Below, piece by piece: positions 39,696 through 49,341 of a stretch of DNA of 64,000 nucleotides (position 1 is the first letter of the stretch; every line of letters begins with the position of its first letter). The notes under the pieces were generated by a model, which had not been told where the DNA came from, did not search any database, and was given only the letters and a program-made list of their open reading frames with translations. This DNA comes from Candidatus Bathyarchaeia archaeon. Its GTDB lineage: Archaea; Thermoproteota; Bathyarchaeia; Bathyarchaeales; Bathycorpusculaceae. The stretch lies in contig JBEKKK010000001.1 in assembly GCA_050010755.1 (NCBI GenBank), forward strand, positions 960,001-1,024,000, read 5' to 3'. The position numbers were made by a program, and so were the translations under genes.

Positions 39696-40304
39696 ATGTC
39701 TGAAACAATCTTTCTTGCAAAAGAATGGACATACAAGAAAAAGAAGAACCTTCCAAACTCTTCATTCGCCTATATGGACCCCCAGGACAAGGGGCATTTT
39801 CCATACAAGGATGAGAACGGAAAACTTGACGAAGCCCACATCAACAATGCATTCTCTTGGCTACCGCAATCAAACCTAAGCATGGATATCAAGAAGAAAA
39901 TACACACGAAACTTGTGAATGCCTGCAAGCAACTCGGGAAGGAACACAACAAGTGCAGCATACCCGGCTGTGAAGGCTACACACCGGCGAGCCAGAAAAG
40001 TTTCCTTGAAAGCGGTGCAACATTCTCCGCGCTGAGCGAAGAGGCAATGAGTCTTCAAAGTGACTGGACAAAGTTTGACCAGAAACGTGCAAAAGGTGGA
40101 AAGAAAACAAAGAGTGCAGCGCCTAAGAGTACAACGAAAAAGACAAAGGGCACGAGCAAAAAGAAAACAGGTAAGACGAAAACCAAAAAACCAAAAGTTG
40201 GAAAAACCAAGAAGACAAGAAAGAAAAGCCTTCTTGAAGAACCCACTTCGTTTTTGAAGTTAGCTTCAGAGTTTGACCAAATCAAAAGAGAGGCAGGTCT
40301 GTAG
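39696..40304 (+). CDS. Head-region protein with Lys/Thr-rich histone-H1-like tail
   Basis: LPNSSFAY...HFPYKD...HINNA N-domain; KKTKGTSKKKTGKTKTKKPKVGKTKK tail. Confidence 0.7.
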   Translation: MSETIFLAKEWTYKKKKNLPNSSFAYMDPQDKGHFPYKDENGKLDEAHINNAFSWLPQSNLSMDIKKKIHTKLVNACKQLGKEHNKCSIPGCEGYTPASQKSFLESGATFSALSEEAMSLQSDWTKFDQKRAKGGKKTKSAAPKSTTKKTKGTSKKKTGKTKTKKPKVGKTKKTRKKSLLEEPTSFLKLASEFDQIKREAGL

Positions 40305-40305
40305 G

Positions 40306-41559
40306 ATGGAATTGCATTATTTCATTCCGTTCAAGGCTCAAGGGGGCACAGATGCGCAATTCGCTTTGAGAGAGCATCTGCTCAATATTGAAGGTACGGC
40401 CATAGATACATCCGTGAATGCGAATAAATGGCAAGTACCGGCTGAAGACTTGGAGTTTCTTACACAGGGGCTAATCAACGCTCAGTTGAGAATCGACCAC
40501 GCTGAAAGCGCCATGGCCGTTATCGGAAAGGTCCCTGAGGCTAAGTTGTTCGCAGATTTGGGGCAAGTTTGGTTCCGTGCTGAAATCGGTGACTTGCCAA
40601 TCATTGAGAGAGTGTTGAAGGGCTATCTTGACCACGTTTCCATTCAGATTGACTCTGATGATGTGCAGTGTTCAAAATGCCTGCAGCAAACGCGCAAAGA
40701 GGGCATGCTTGTTCACCTTTGTCCTGATGCGTGGGAAATCGTTCATAAACCGAAAGTCAGGGAACTTAGCATCGTGGCGAGCCCTGCTTACAAGAACACA
40801 GACTTTAAGCCGGTAGGATTCGCAGCAGCTATGGATGCGAGTCAAACATGTAAAACTTACCCCTGCACAGGGAGCGAAGGTTGCGGAAGAAGAGGCTCAT
40901 TCGTGTGTGCGCTTCCACCGTTATCACCGTTATCGCAAGGTAACAAAGATGTGGGTTCTAAGGGAGACCTGCAAGAACCCGAAAACGAAAAGAAAACTTC
41001 AAGGGAGGTGAACTCCTTGCCTGAACAACAAACAGCTCAGCAAGCGAGTTCTCCACATAAAGCACAAGGCGTAGTCAACACGAACAACGGACAAGGCGAG
41101 AGCGCACCATCACAAGTGAATTACGCGGACTTCATGAAGGAGCTTGAAGGCTTGCAAAACCAAATCGCCTCAGACGACGCTGCAGAAGCGGATGCCATGA
41201 GAGCGAAGATTGCAGCCCTTCAGAAACAAGTTGCCAACAGGGCCACGAAACAGCAACTCGGCAAGAAAATCAGCGACCTTCAACAGCAGCTTGACTCTGG
41301 GAGTGGAGCTGCGGAAGACGCTGAGGAGCCAGATGGTGATGAGGATGGCACCACAAACGAAAATCTCGTGGACACGAGTGACGACGGCGCAGTTTCCTCA
41401 AAAACTTCGCACAAGGCCACAGGGAAAGGCATGATTGGCACAGATGCCGAACGTAACCAACCAGGCATGGCTGGTGAAACAACGATGAGCGTCTTCGGCA
41501 ACATTGACTGGTTCAAAGACGTCGCCAAAGCCACGGCCAAGTTAAAGGGCATGAGATAA
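40306..41559 (+). CDS. Prohead protease fused to coiled-coil scaffold
   Basis: IEGTAID...NANKW, IDH, HVSIQ, ELSIVASPAY; acidic coiled-coil C-terminal half. Confidence 0.8.
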   Translation: MELHYFIPFKAQGGTDAQFALREHLLNIEGTAIDTSVNANKWQVPAEDLEFLTQGLINAQLRIDHAESAMAVIGKVPEAKLFADLGQVWFRAEIGDLPIIERVLKGYLDHVSIQIDSDDVQCSKCLQQTRKEGMLVHLCPDAWEIVHKPKVRELSIVASPAYKNTDFKPVGFAAAMDASQTCKTYPCTGSEGCGRRGSFVCALPPLSPLSQGNKDVGSKGDLQEPENEKKTSREVNSLPEQQTAQQASSPHKAQGVVNTNNGQGESAPSQVNYADFMKELEGLQNQIASDDAAEADAMRAKIAALQKQVANRATKQQLGKKISDLQQQLDSGSGAAEDAEEPDGDEDGTTNENLVDTSDDGAVSSKTSHKATGKGMIGTDAERNQPGMAGETTMSVFGNIDWFKDVAKATAKLKGMR

Positions 41560-41569
41560 GGGGATTACA

Positions 41570-41986
41570 ATGGCAACTCCATATGCTAATCTCGAAGGTC
41601 AAACCCCGCTTGCCTCCGACCGCTTCATCATAACCCTAATGGCTGGCGCTGCAATCACATATGGGCAATTGCTGTACCTCAACGGCACAGACTTCACAGT
41701 AGCTCCCGCACCAGGCACGGCGAACTTAACCACCATAATCGGCGTCGCCATCGCCACTAGAGCATCTGGAAAAACTGTTCCTGTTGCAACCATGGGCGTT
41801 CTTCGACTCAAGGCTTATGGTTCAATTAGCGCAGGAGACCAAATTTGCTCAGCGAGCGGCGGCACAGCAGGTGTGGGCCTAATACAGTCTGACACAGGGG
41901 GCGCAGCTGCAAAGAACGCCACTGTTATTGGTCAGGCTTTGCAGGCTATCGTAAGCGGCGGTACTGGATTCTGTGTTCTCTGGTAA
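41570..41986 (+). CDS. Capsid cement/decoration protein (DUF2190-like)
   Basis: AGAAITYGQL...IGVA...ISAGD...IGQAL; directly upstream of the MCP. Confidence 0.72.
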   Translation: MATPYANLEGQTPLASDRFIITLMAGAAITYGQLLYLNGTDFTVAPAPGTANLTTIIGVAIATRASGKTVPVATMGVLRLKAYGSISAGDQICSASGGTAGVGLIQSDTGGAAAKNATVIGQALQAIVSGGTGFCVLW

Positions 41987-42003
41987 ACCTAGGGTGAATT
42001 GAC

Positions 42004-42897
42004 ATGAGCTTTACTCAAGACGCAATAACTTGGTATGATTCAGGTGCAGTACAGTATCCAGCCCTCCACAAGCACATAATTGAGCTGACAATGCCCGCGT
42101 TGGTCGTCAAACGCTTACTGCCAGAGTTCCCACTTGTACAGGGAAGGACAGCCACGTTCGTCAAAGAGTCTGGTTCAAGAAGCATCGGCATCAGCGAAAT
42201 CGCAGAGGGTGCCGAAATCATGATGGATTACACACCGCTGAACACTGTAACTGTCACGCCGTACAAGAAGGGCGAACGCATACGCGTCCCAAGAGAGCAA
42301 GTGGAAGACTTATACATCCCTGTAATAGACCAACAGCTTCGCAGACTCGCAAGACGAACCGCGTACCAGATTGACCTTGACTGCATGAACGTCATCGGCG
42401 CCGCAGCCGCGTTCACATCAGCAGCCACGGGCAAGACCATGGGCGCGACCGGCTCAGAAATGACAATCGCGAGCACCATAGGCGCAAAAGACATCTTGTG
42501 GGCAGAGGCAGCTATCGCGAGCAAGAACTTCATCGCCGACTCAATAATCGCCAACCCGATTAACATCCGTGACCTCAAGTACGTGCCTAACTTCACCATA
42601 TTCTCGCAATATGGTAGACCCGTGCTTCAGAATGGAGCAATGGGTCAAGTGTACGGCCTCAACTTGTACTCCACGAATGTTTGCAGCCCGGGCACAGCAT
42701 ACGTGCTAAGCACAGGAAGCAACTTGAGTTCGTCATACGCTCCTATCGGCTTCTTCGTGATAAAGAGGCCGCTGATGACGGACGTTGACCAAGTCAAACA
42801 GAACGACGCAATCGACATCATCGAGACGACCAGATACGCGCCAGTTGTGCTGAATGGAGAATGCATCTCGCAAATAACCAGCTTGTTCACAACTTAA
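42004..42897 (+). CDS. Major capsid protein (HK97 fold)
   Basis: Position after cement gene; EIAEGAE, TPYKKG, ANP, GQVYGLN; 297 aa. Confidence 0.85.
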   Translation: MSFTQDAITWYDSGAVQYPALHKHIIELTMPALVVKRLLPEFPLVQGRTATFVKESGSRSIGISEIAEGAEIMMDYTPLNTVTVTPYKKGERIRVPREQVEDLYIPVIDQQLRRLARRTAYQIDLDCMNVIGAAAAFTSAATGKTMGATGSEMTIASTIGAKDILWAEAAIASKNFIADSIIANPINIRDLKYVPNFTIFSQYGRPVLQNGAMGQVYGLNLYSTNVCSPGTAYVLSTGSNLSSSYAPIGFFVIKRPLMTDVDQVKQNDAIDIIETTRYAPVVLNGECISQITSLFTT

Positions 42898-42905
42898 GCA
42901 CCAAT

Positions 42906-42932
42906 TCTTTTCCTCTTTTTCTTTCCTTTTTT
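42906..42932 (+). terminator. Oligo-T archaeal terminator after the MCP gene
   Basis: Long pyrimidine/T tract just after the stop codon. Confidence 0.55.
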
Positions 42933-43024
42933 CTAAATCTTGAATCCTGACCACTTTTCGTGGCAGGCGAGAACCTTGCCCGAAGGTTACAATCGGGAAC
43001 TTCAATATGTAAACTTTAACGGGG

Positions 43025-43738
43025 GTGAAAGCTTTGAAATTGAATCCTTTACAGGGCATTCTCCTTGCCACAATGATTCTTGCAGTCATAGGCGGAACCA
43101 TCGGTGAACTCAACAATTACGTGACCACGCAAGACTTGAGCGCATTAGGCCAATATGGCATATACCTTAAACTGCTCATGACGGGCACTCCGGTGCTTGT
43201 TTTCGCCATCTGGATTTACAACATCTGGATGTACATACGCCAGAACCAGATAGCGGCCGTGAACCAGCTTATTGAGCAGTACGACTTGAACAAACTCGTG
43301 CAGACAATAGCATTATTCACAGGAATAATCGGTCCAATAGTTGCATTCCTGCCTCAATACAAAGAGATAGGCGCATTATTCGTCGTCATCGGCACCGCAC
43401 TTGCGAAAGAAATCCAAAACGTTCTCAGCGGCCAGAATATCACACAAACGAACGCTCAAGTCGCCAGCCCAACCGCAACCTCAACAGTAGGCCTAGTCAC
43501 GGCAAATATGTCTCTAGGCACTTATAAGAGTTGGACGGTCACAATCGTCAACTGGATGCTGACGGTAATACCGCCCGCAAACCTTGTGAGCAGATACGGC
43601 CAGAGCCAAAGCCCGGGAAGCGTGCAAGGTTACACAAGCTCAGATGCGTTTGCTCAAGCCACAAAGTACATAGACGGATTGCTCAGCCTTCCAGCACCCG
43701 GCCCGCCTTCCGCGAGCCCAGTAACTCCGCCAACATAA
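43025..43738 (+). CDS. Multi-TM membrane protein
   Basis: Three to four hydrophobic helices, Pro-rich tail. Confidence 0.7.
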   Translation: MKALKLNPLQGILLATMILAVIGGTIGELNNYVTTQDLSALGQYGIYLKLLMTGTPVLVFAIWIYNIWMYIRQNQIAAVNQLIEQYDLNKLVQTIALFTGIIGPIVAFLPQYKEIGALFVVIGTALAKEIQNVLSGQNITQTNAQVASPTATSTVGLVTANMSLGTYKSWTVTIVNWMLTVIPPANLVSRYGQSQSPGSVQGYTSSDAFAQATKYIDGLLSLPAPGPPSASPVTPPT

Positions 43739-43913
43739 GAATCGTGGTAAAGTTTCCCCATTCTCCCCTTTTTAGTTTTTTCAAAATCACAATCATTACA
43801 AATCTCACATTCACTCCCAAAATCCTTGACGAAGCCCTCTCCTGTACAACATGGCCCTATTTTCAGACTTTATCAAGGATGGGCAAAGTGAAAAAAGAAA
43901 AGGTGAACAAAAC

Positions 43914-46421
43914 ATGACACAAAGTCAAACGTTGAATATTAGTTCGTGGTTCAGCAACTTCAAGAACCTTAAATGGTGGCAGGGAGCAATCCTCTTAGCC
44001 ATTCTGCTTACCGGACTATCTGCAATCGCGTACGAAGGCGGAAACGTCAACGTAAGCGCGAATGTATCCATACAAATCCAACAAATTGAAAATCGCTTAG
44101 ACATCCCTGTGAACAGCACACTCAGCGCGTTCATAAAATCCAACAGCTTCATCGTGAGCGAGCTTGACCAAGGCTACTGCCTACAAAACGGCACAAACGG
44201 CTCATACTTACCCCCCTTCACAACGAACGCCACCACCATCATTCAAAACGGCCTTGGGAATGCGAGTGCGAATGGTGGAGGCAGCGTATATGTTTCTGCA
44301 GGGCAGAATCTTTACAACGCGAGCGTGACCATCCTTAACAATACAAGGCTTATCATTGAGGCAGGAGCAAAGAACGTAACGTACACGCCAGCAGCGGGTG
44401 CTTATGGGATTGTGGATGACTTCGCAAATTGGGTTTTCATTTACTACAGCAACGGAGTCCCGTATAGTGTCTTCAATTACGCCACCGGGAACTTGTTGAC
44501 ACAAACTGCAAACATGACAACAATATACTGCGCCACCATCAACCAAGTTTTCAGCGGAGGTGGGGTGCAGATTCTTAACATGGTTGTTCAGCACGGCACC
44601 ACTTCTCCAACTTCACCTGTTGATAGGCAGCTCTTCTTCAATGATTCCACGGGCAACCTGTATGTTTACAACGCAACTTCCTCAGCTTGGCTTCCAATAG
44701 GCTCATCAGGAAGCGGCGGGGGTAGCATGCCGAGCACTTACCCATATGCGAACTTAACGGGAATCCCTGTTCTTCTGTATGCGAATGGCACACAAGGCTT
44801 AACGGCAGATTGGAATGTCAGCGGATACAGTATCTTCAATACATTTTGGCTGAACAGTACTTCCTTGAATACTAACAACTATTATCTGAATGGCGCAACA
44901 CTCGGTTGGATTGAACCAGATTCATACATCATTGACAACTCTGGAGGATATACTCGTGCGTGGTATGGAGCGAATAGTACACTTGCCTTTCAAGGCACGA
45001 ATGCAAGCACGATAATAAACAATGCAATTGGAAACTTGACAGCTTATTCTTACACGTTCACAGGATTCGGCGGAGGCACAATCTATCTTAAAGGACAGTT
45101 TCAAGTTTCAAACACCATATTCTCGCAGCTGCCCATAAGCATCATAGGCGTACCAGATAGCACAGATTCTTTCGCCTACCTATTCGCTAATGGCCTGAAT
45201 GGTTCTTTACTCTATTTCAACGCAACAGGAAGCATTGACTGGCATTGGTCCATACAAAACTTGCATATTGACGGTGTGAACACAACAGGAGGAAGCATTG
45301 GGACCGGGGGACCTGGCGGAAACTATCTGATATACATAAATCTGGGTTACGGAACCCTTCAAAATATGTACATCATGCGTGGTTACGGAACCGGGATATT
45401 CATGGGAGGTCAGGACAGCATATGCGACCACGTTTACTCTGAATACAATGGATTTGGAACCGGCACAGGCGATGGATGGTACGTAGCAACTCTGAATGAC
45501 CAATGGTACAGTTGCACAGGATGGAACAACTCGCGATATGGAATGTACATAGGAACAGGTCAAAATCGCGGACTGTTTGAAGGTTGCAGACTCTCATGGA
45601 ATCTCGTCGGCCTCAAAACCCTTTCAGGAGCTTCACAAATAACCATTGAAGGCTCAGACATCTTTGACAATTACAATGAGGGAATTTACCTTCTGAGCGC
45701 GGACCACTTCACAATCGAAAACAACCCGAGCATTCTGGATAACGGAATAGCTGCAAACAACACGTACGCAGGAATCCGCTTAAGCAGCAGCACAAACTGC
45801 ACAATTGAAGGAAACAACATATACGATGACGGAAGCCAAGCGAACATAATGCAGTACGCTGTTTCAGAAGATGGCTCAGCAGATTGGAACCAGATTAAAG
45901 ACAACAACTTCGCTTATGGCACTAACTTCATCGGAGTCCACACAATCGGAGGAAACACAACTGTAAGAGGCAACATTCCACTCATTATTCAAGATAGGCT
46001 CTTGAACGTAGTTTGCGGACAAAGCGGATGGACACAAGCGCCGACTAACCTGCAAGCTGCTGTAGATGGAAATTTTGCAACGTTCACAGGAATAGGCGAA
46101 ACGAACGCAACAGCAGGGCACATGGGCTATCTTTATTACGACATGGGCGCAAACTACAGCGTAACCTTCACATACTTAGTGCACGTCTGGAACAACGCGA
46201 GCAATTTGAACATTCAAGTCTTTTACGGTTACGACAATGCCACATGGAGCACCTTACCATCAGCCTATTACGGTTTAAGCTCGGCATCTGAAAGCACCGT
46301 ATCTGGCGGACCATACTACATCTACGCGCGATACTTAAAATTTGACTTCTACTTTTCAGGGTCAACCGCCACAAAGTTTGACATGCGAATGGCTGAAGTT
46401 CAAGCGTACGATTATCCATAA
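43914..46421 (+). CDS. Beta-helix (pectin-lyase/NosD-like) adhesin with N-terminal TM/signal segment
   Basis: AGGTGA SD; WWQGAILLAILLTGLSAIAY; GGGTIYLKG; Asn/Gly-rich parallel beta-helix repeats. Confidence 0.75.
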   Translation: MTQSQTLNISSWFSNFKNLKWWQGAILLAILLTGLSAIAYEGGNVNVSANVSIQIQQIENRLDIPVNSTLSAFIKSNSFIVSELDQGYCLQNGTNGSYLPPFTTNATTIIQNGLGNASANGGGSVYVSAGQNLYNASVTILNNTRLIIEAGAKNVTYTPAAGAYGIVDDFANWVFIYYSNGVPYSVFNYATGNLLTQTANMTTIYCATINQVFSGGGVQILNMVVQHGTTSPTSPVDRQLFFNDSTGNLYVYNATSSAWLPIGSSGSGGGSMPSTYPYANLTGIPVLLYANGTQGLTADWNVSGYSIFNTFWLNSTSLNTNNYYLNGATLGWIEPDSYIIDNSGGYTRAWYGANSTLAFQGTNASTIINNAIGNLTAYSYTFTGFGGGTIYLKGQFQVSNTIFSQLPISIIGVPDSTDSFAYLFANGLNGSLLYFNATGSIDWHWSIQNLHIDGVNTTGGSIGTGGPGGNYLIYINLGYGTLQNMYIMRGYGTGIFMGGQDSICDHVYSEYNGFGTGTGDGWYVATLNDQWYSCTGWNNSRYGMYIGTGQNRGLFEGCRLSWNLVGLKTLSGASQITIEGSDIFDNYNEGIYLLSADHFTIENNPSILDNGIAANNTYAGIRLSSSTNCTIEGNNIYDDGSQANIMQYAVSEDGSADWNQIKDNNFAYGTNFIGVHTIGGNTTVRGNIPLIIQDRLLNVVCGQSGWTQAPTNLQAAVDGNFATFTGIGETNATAGHMGYLYYDMGANYSVTFTYLVHVWNNASNLNIQVFYGYDNATWSTLPSAYYGLSSASESTVSGGPYYIYARYLKFDFYFSGSTATKFDMRMAEVQAYDYP

Positions 46422-46486
46422 GCGCACATTCAAATTCCCTTTTTTAGTTTTCCGTAAAGTTTTCACATTCATGGAGATGATTCAAA

Positions 46487-47203
46487 ATGGGTTCAGCAAC
46501 CATAACAGCAGGAAACACAAACGTGGTCGTGTCACATGGCCAGAGCTTCACACCGACAATAGACCAAATTTGGCTGCAGCCTCAAGATGACCTTGGAGGC
46601 CGCGAGTATTTCCCAAGCAACCCCACATCCACAACTTTCCAGATTAACATAAGCTTCGCCGACCCTGACACGGCACACAACTTCAGCTGGCAAATTTTAG
46701 TCGCTGGAAGCGGAGGAGTACAGCTTCCCCCAGCACAACTGCCAATAACCTTTCCAATTAACGTGACGGATGTGCAAACTCAGCTGAATGCCGCGTTTGA
46801 TGGGGTCGGCACATACACAGTTTACGGGCTTACAATCACTCTGGCCTCTGTTCAAGCACAGGTAGATTATGCGAATCAGTACATCACAGGGATGCTGTCT
46901 TCAGCCATTTCAAGCAGCGACCCGCGGTACGTGTACGCACGGCAGGCTGCAATTGACCTTGCTTGTATCCGCACTCTCGTGATTGCGAGTGGCGGAAGCC
47001 TAACAGGGGCTTATGACTACTTCCTTGGAGACCTGCGAGTTACAAGAGCAGGGCCCTATGCGAATGCGATAAAGAACACGATTGCCGGCCTACAAGCAGA
47101 TCTTACGAAACAACTTGTAAACTTTAGTACCCCTGTAATGACCGCCGACGCAGCTGCAGCTCAGCAAGTGCCAACCTACCGCGGAGACGTGATAGGCCCA
47201 TGA
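46487..47203 (+). CDS. Head-tail connector/adaptor with extra N-terminal beta domain
   Basis: Position; VQAQVDYANQYI...AAIDLAC...YFLGDLRV. Confidence 0.55.
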   Translation: MGSATITAGNTNVVVSHGQSFTPTIDQIWLQPQDDLGGREYFPSNPTSTTFQINISFADPDTAHNFSWQILVAGSGGVQLPPAQLPITFPINVTDVQTQLNAAFDGVGTYTVYGLTITLASVQAQVDYANQYITGMLSSAISSSDPRYVYARQAAIDLACIRTLVIASGGSLTGAYDYFLGDLRVTRAGPYANAIKNTIAGLQADLTKQLVNFSTPVMTADAAAAQQVPTYRGDVIGP

Positions 47204-47418
47204 GTCAAAGCGGCGGAACAGCAATCGCCTTCAGCAACGGTGACATAAGCTTCGGCACCTTGAACCTTAACCCTGCTGATGAGCCTGGGAGGAACGTTTA
47301 CACGGGCAATTATATCGTGGTCAGAGTCAACAAGGGCCTCAAACAACTTGTAACTTCCGCTCAGTACACAAACCTTGTGAACGCAGGGTATGAAGTAGAC
47401 ATCTGCAAGGATGAGTGA
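47200..47418 (+). CDS. Small hypothetical virion-region protein
   Basis: Overlaps both neighbouring genes. Confidence 0.6.
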   Translation: MSQSGGTAIAFSNGDISFGTLNLNPADEPGRNVYTGNYIVVRVNKGLKQLVTSAQYTNLVNAGYEVDICKDE

Positions 47419-47869
47419 GCACATGCCAGATAATGTTCAAGTTGTAAGCTCCCTGCTTCAAGCACAATGGGCTTCGTTCATTAGTTCCCCCGGCATAAGC
47501 GCAATTTTCTGGCCCACGACAAAACCAGACGTGGCACAGTTTGATTCTCAGCCTTTCAATTATGTTGTCGCATGCTACAACCCGGGCAGCCCAGCAGCCG
47601 TGGATGACAGCGCACAAGGCGTATGGACGATTGTTGAAGACATAATCGTGGACATACTCATCAAAGTCGGCTCAGGCACGGAGCAGAACGCAATTGACAC
47701 GAGAGAAGCTTTGCGACAAGCAATTTACAGCATCATTCATCACAACGAGACGACGATTTCTGGAATTAACGAAGCTCACATCAGCAGGGAAACTTACAAA
47801 GTTGAAAGCCCACAACACATGCGTCTTGCAATGCTTGTGAAGTGCAAGTATTTCCACCTGAAAACGTGA
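47411..47869 (+). CDS. Putative tail terminator/completion protein
   Basis: Position and size (152 aa); IIVDIL...REALRQAIYSII pattern. Confidence 0.5.
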   Translation: MSEHMPDNVQVVSSLLQAQWASFISSPGISAIFWPTTKPDVAQFDSQPFNYVVACYNPGSPAAVDDSAQGVWTIVEDIIVDILIKVGSGTEQNAIDTREALRQAIYSIIHHNETTISGINEAHISRETYKVESPQHMRLAMLVKCKYFHLKT

Positions 47870-48017
47870 TTTCCACAAACGAGTTGCAAAACTTAAACGA
47901 AGCTTGAAATTTATCTCGTGCGGGACACTGATTCAGGAGGTCCGCCTCACGACGCTCTGAGGCCGCTGAACCCTCTGCAACAGTGTCGCACACGAGATTA
48001 GAAACGAGTTGCTTTTC

Positions 48018-48374
48018 ATGTTGAGCTGGCAAATCACATTTCAAACTGAAGCCCTGCAAAGCTTCTTTCAAAATCTGCCCCCAAACTTGAAGACGGCTGT
48101 GCAGAATGCAGAGTTAACGGTTGCAGAGCGAATCTTGTTTACGATGCAAACGTTGACCCCTGTGCGCACAGGCTTCCTACTTTCAACAGAGGGCATTCAG
48201 CCGCAGGGAGATTGGGGCTTCACGATTTATGCGCGCGCCTTCTACGCTCATTATGTAGAGTTCGGCACGAGACGCATGTCTCCGCGGCTGTTCATGACAC
48301 GGGCGATTGAGCTACACAGGGGCGACTTGCAAAATGAGATTTGGAGCAACATTGCAGCCATGATTATCGGGTGA
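48018..48374 (+). CDS. HK97 gp10-like tail completion protein
   Basis: TPVRTGFL, YAHYVEFGT, PRLFMTRA. Confidence 0.85.
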   Translation: MLSWQITFQTEALQSFFQNLPPNLKTAVQNAELTVAERILFTMQTLTPVRTGFLLSTEGIQPQGDWGFTIYARAFYAHYVEFGTRRMSPRLFMTRAIELHRGDLQNEIWSNIAAMIIG

Positions 48375-48378
48375 GAGC

Positions 48379-48912
48379 TTGGACAAGTGGCTTAAGTTGA
48401 AAATTGCAAAGCATTTGATTAACCCCATGGTGCGAGTGCTCAACCTACTTATCCCAGACAGTGTTGGTGTTTATCCTCAAACCAAAATTCTTGGGAAGGT
48501 TTACGCCGACTTGCTGCACGTTTACAAGATTGAAGCGTACTGCGGGCGGTTTGATGATATCCCAAAGGGCACACTTGAAGCGCTGAAAGACAAGAACTTT
48601 CTTCGCTTTCTGCAGCTTTCTGGGAAACTGCTGATTTATCTCGGAGACACGGACCGATACTATCGCGCATGGCTTGGGCTTTTCTTTCTTCTTGTGCGCG
48701 ACCACACGGAAACTTTGCCACTCGCTAACGCTGGGCAATCTGTTGAAGCACAGTGGGATTATCCGGTGTGCGAAGAAATCTTTCAAAAATATGCAAGTGT
48801 CGCCGAAAGGGAAGCAAGGCAAATCGTTCTTGCGAACCAACTTTACAACCTTGTCCAATTAACCCTGAATCGAGGTGATAAAAACCATGAGCACTCCACT
48901 AATAGGTCGTAA
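48379..48912 (+). CDS. Hypothetical protein
   Basis: 177-aa co-oriented ORF; DTDRYYRAWL. Confidence 0.6.
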   Translation: MDKWLKLKIAKHLINPMVRVLNLLIPDSVGVYPQTKILGKVYADLLHVYKIEAYCGRFDDIPKGTLEALKDKNFLRFLQLSGKLLIYLGDTDRYYRAWLGLFFLLVRDHTETLPLANAGQSVEAQWDYPVCEEIFQKYASVAEREARQIVLANQLYNLVQLTLNRGDKNHEHSTNRS

Positions 48913-49285
48913 CGCCGTTATAGAGATGAGCGCAGGCTCAGCGGTCGTAATCGGCTTCGCGCAAGGCTTCACAGATGAAACGGACGCGGACTTAATCAAA
49001 GAGTTCGCTTTGGGCAGCGACCACGCGGCAATCTTGGCATCTGGGAACAAGCACTTCAAGTTTAACATCGACAAGATGTTCATCGACAAAACTTATCAGC
49101 AGTACGTGTACGGAGGCACAAACGTTGACATAATCGTGGCCCCACAGGGCACATCGTCAGGTAACCAAAAATGGACTTACAAAAGTTGCGTACTAACACA
49201 ATCTCAAATGAAGGCTGACCAGAAGGGCATCATAGCCGAAAAAGTTGTAGGCGAAGCGAGTGACGTCATAATAGGTTCCTTCTAA
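48887..49285 (+). CDS. Major tail tube protein
   Basis: GAGGTGA SD; ~130-aa beta-rich protein upstream of chaperone and tape measure. Confidence 0.65.
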   Translation: MSTPLIGRNAVIEMSAGSAVVIGFAQGFTDETDADLIKEFALGSDHAAILASGNKHFKFNIDKMFIDKTYQQYVYGGTNVDIIVAPQGTSSGNQKWTYKSCVLTQSQMKADQKGIIAEKVVGEASDVIIGSF

Positions 49286-49341
49286 ACTCTCCCCGCTTTT
49301 TTGGGGATTTCGCAATAATCAAACTACTTTGAGGTGAAAAC

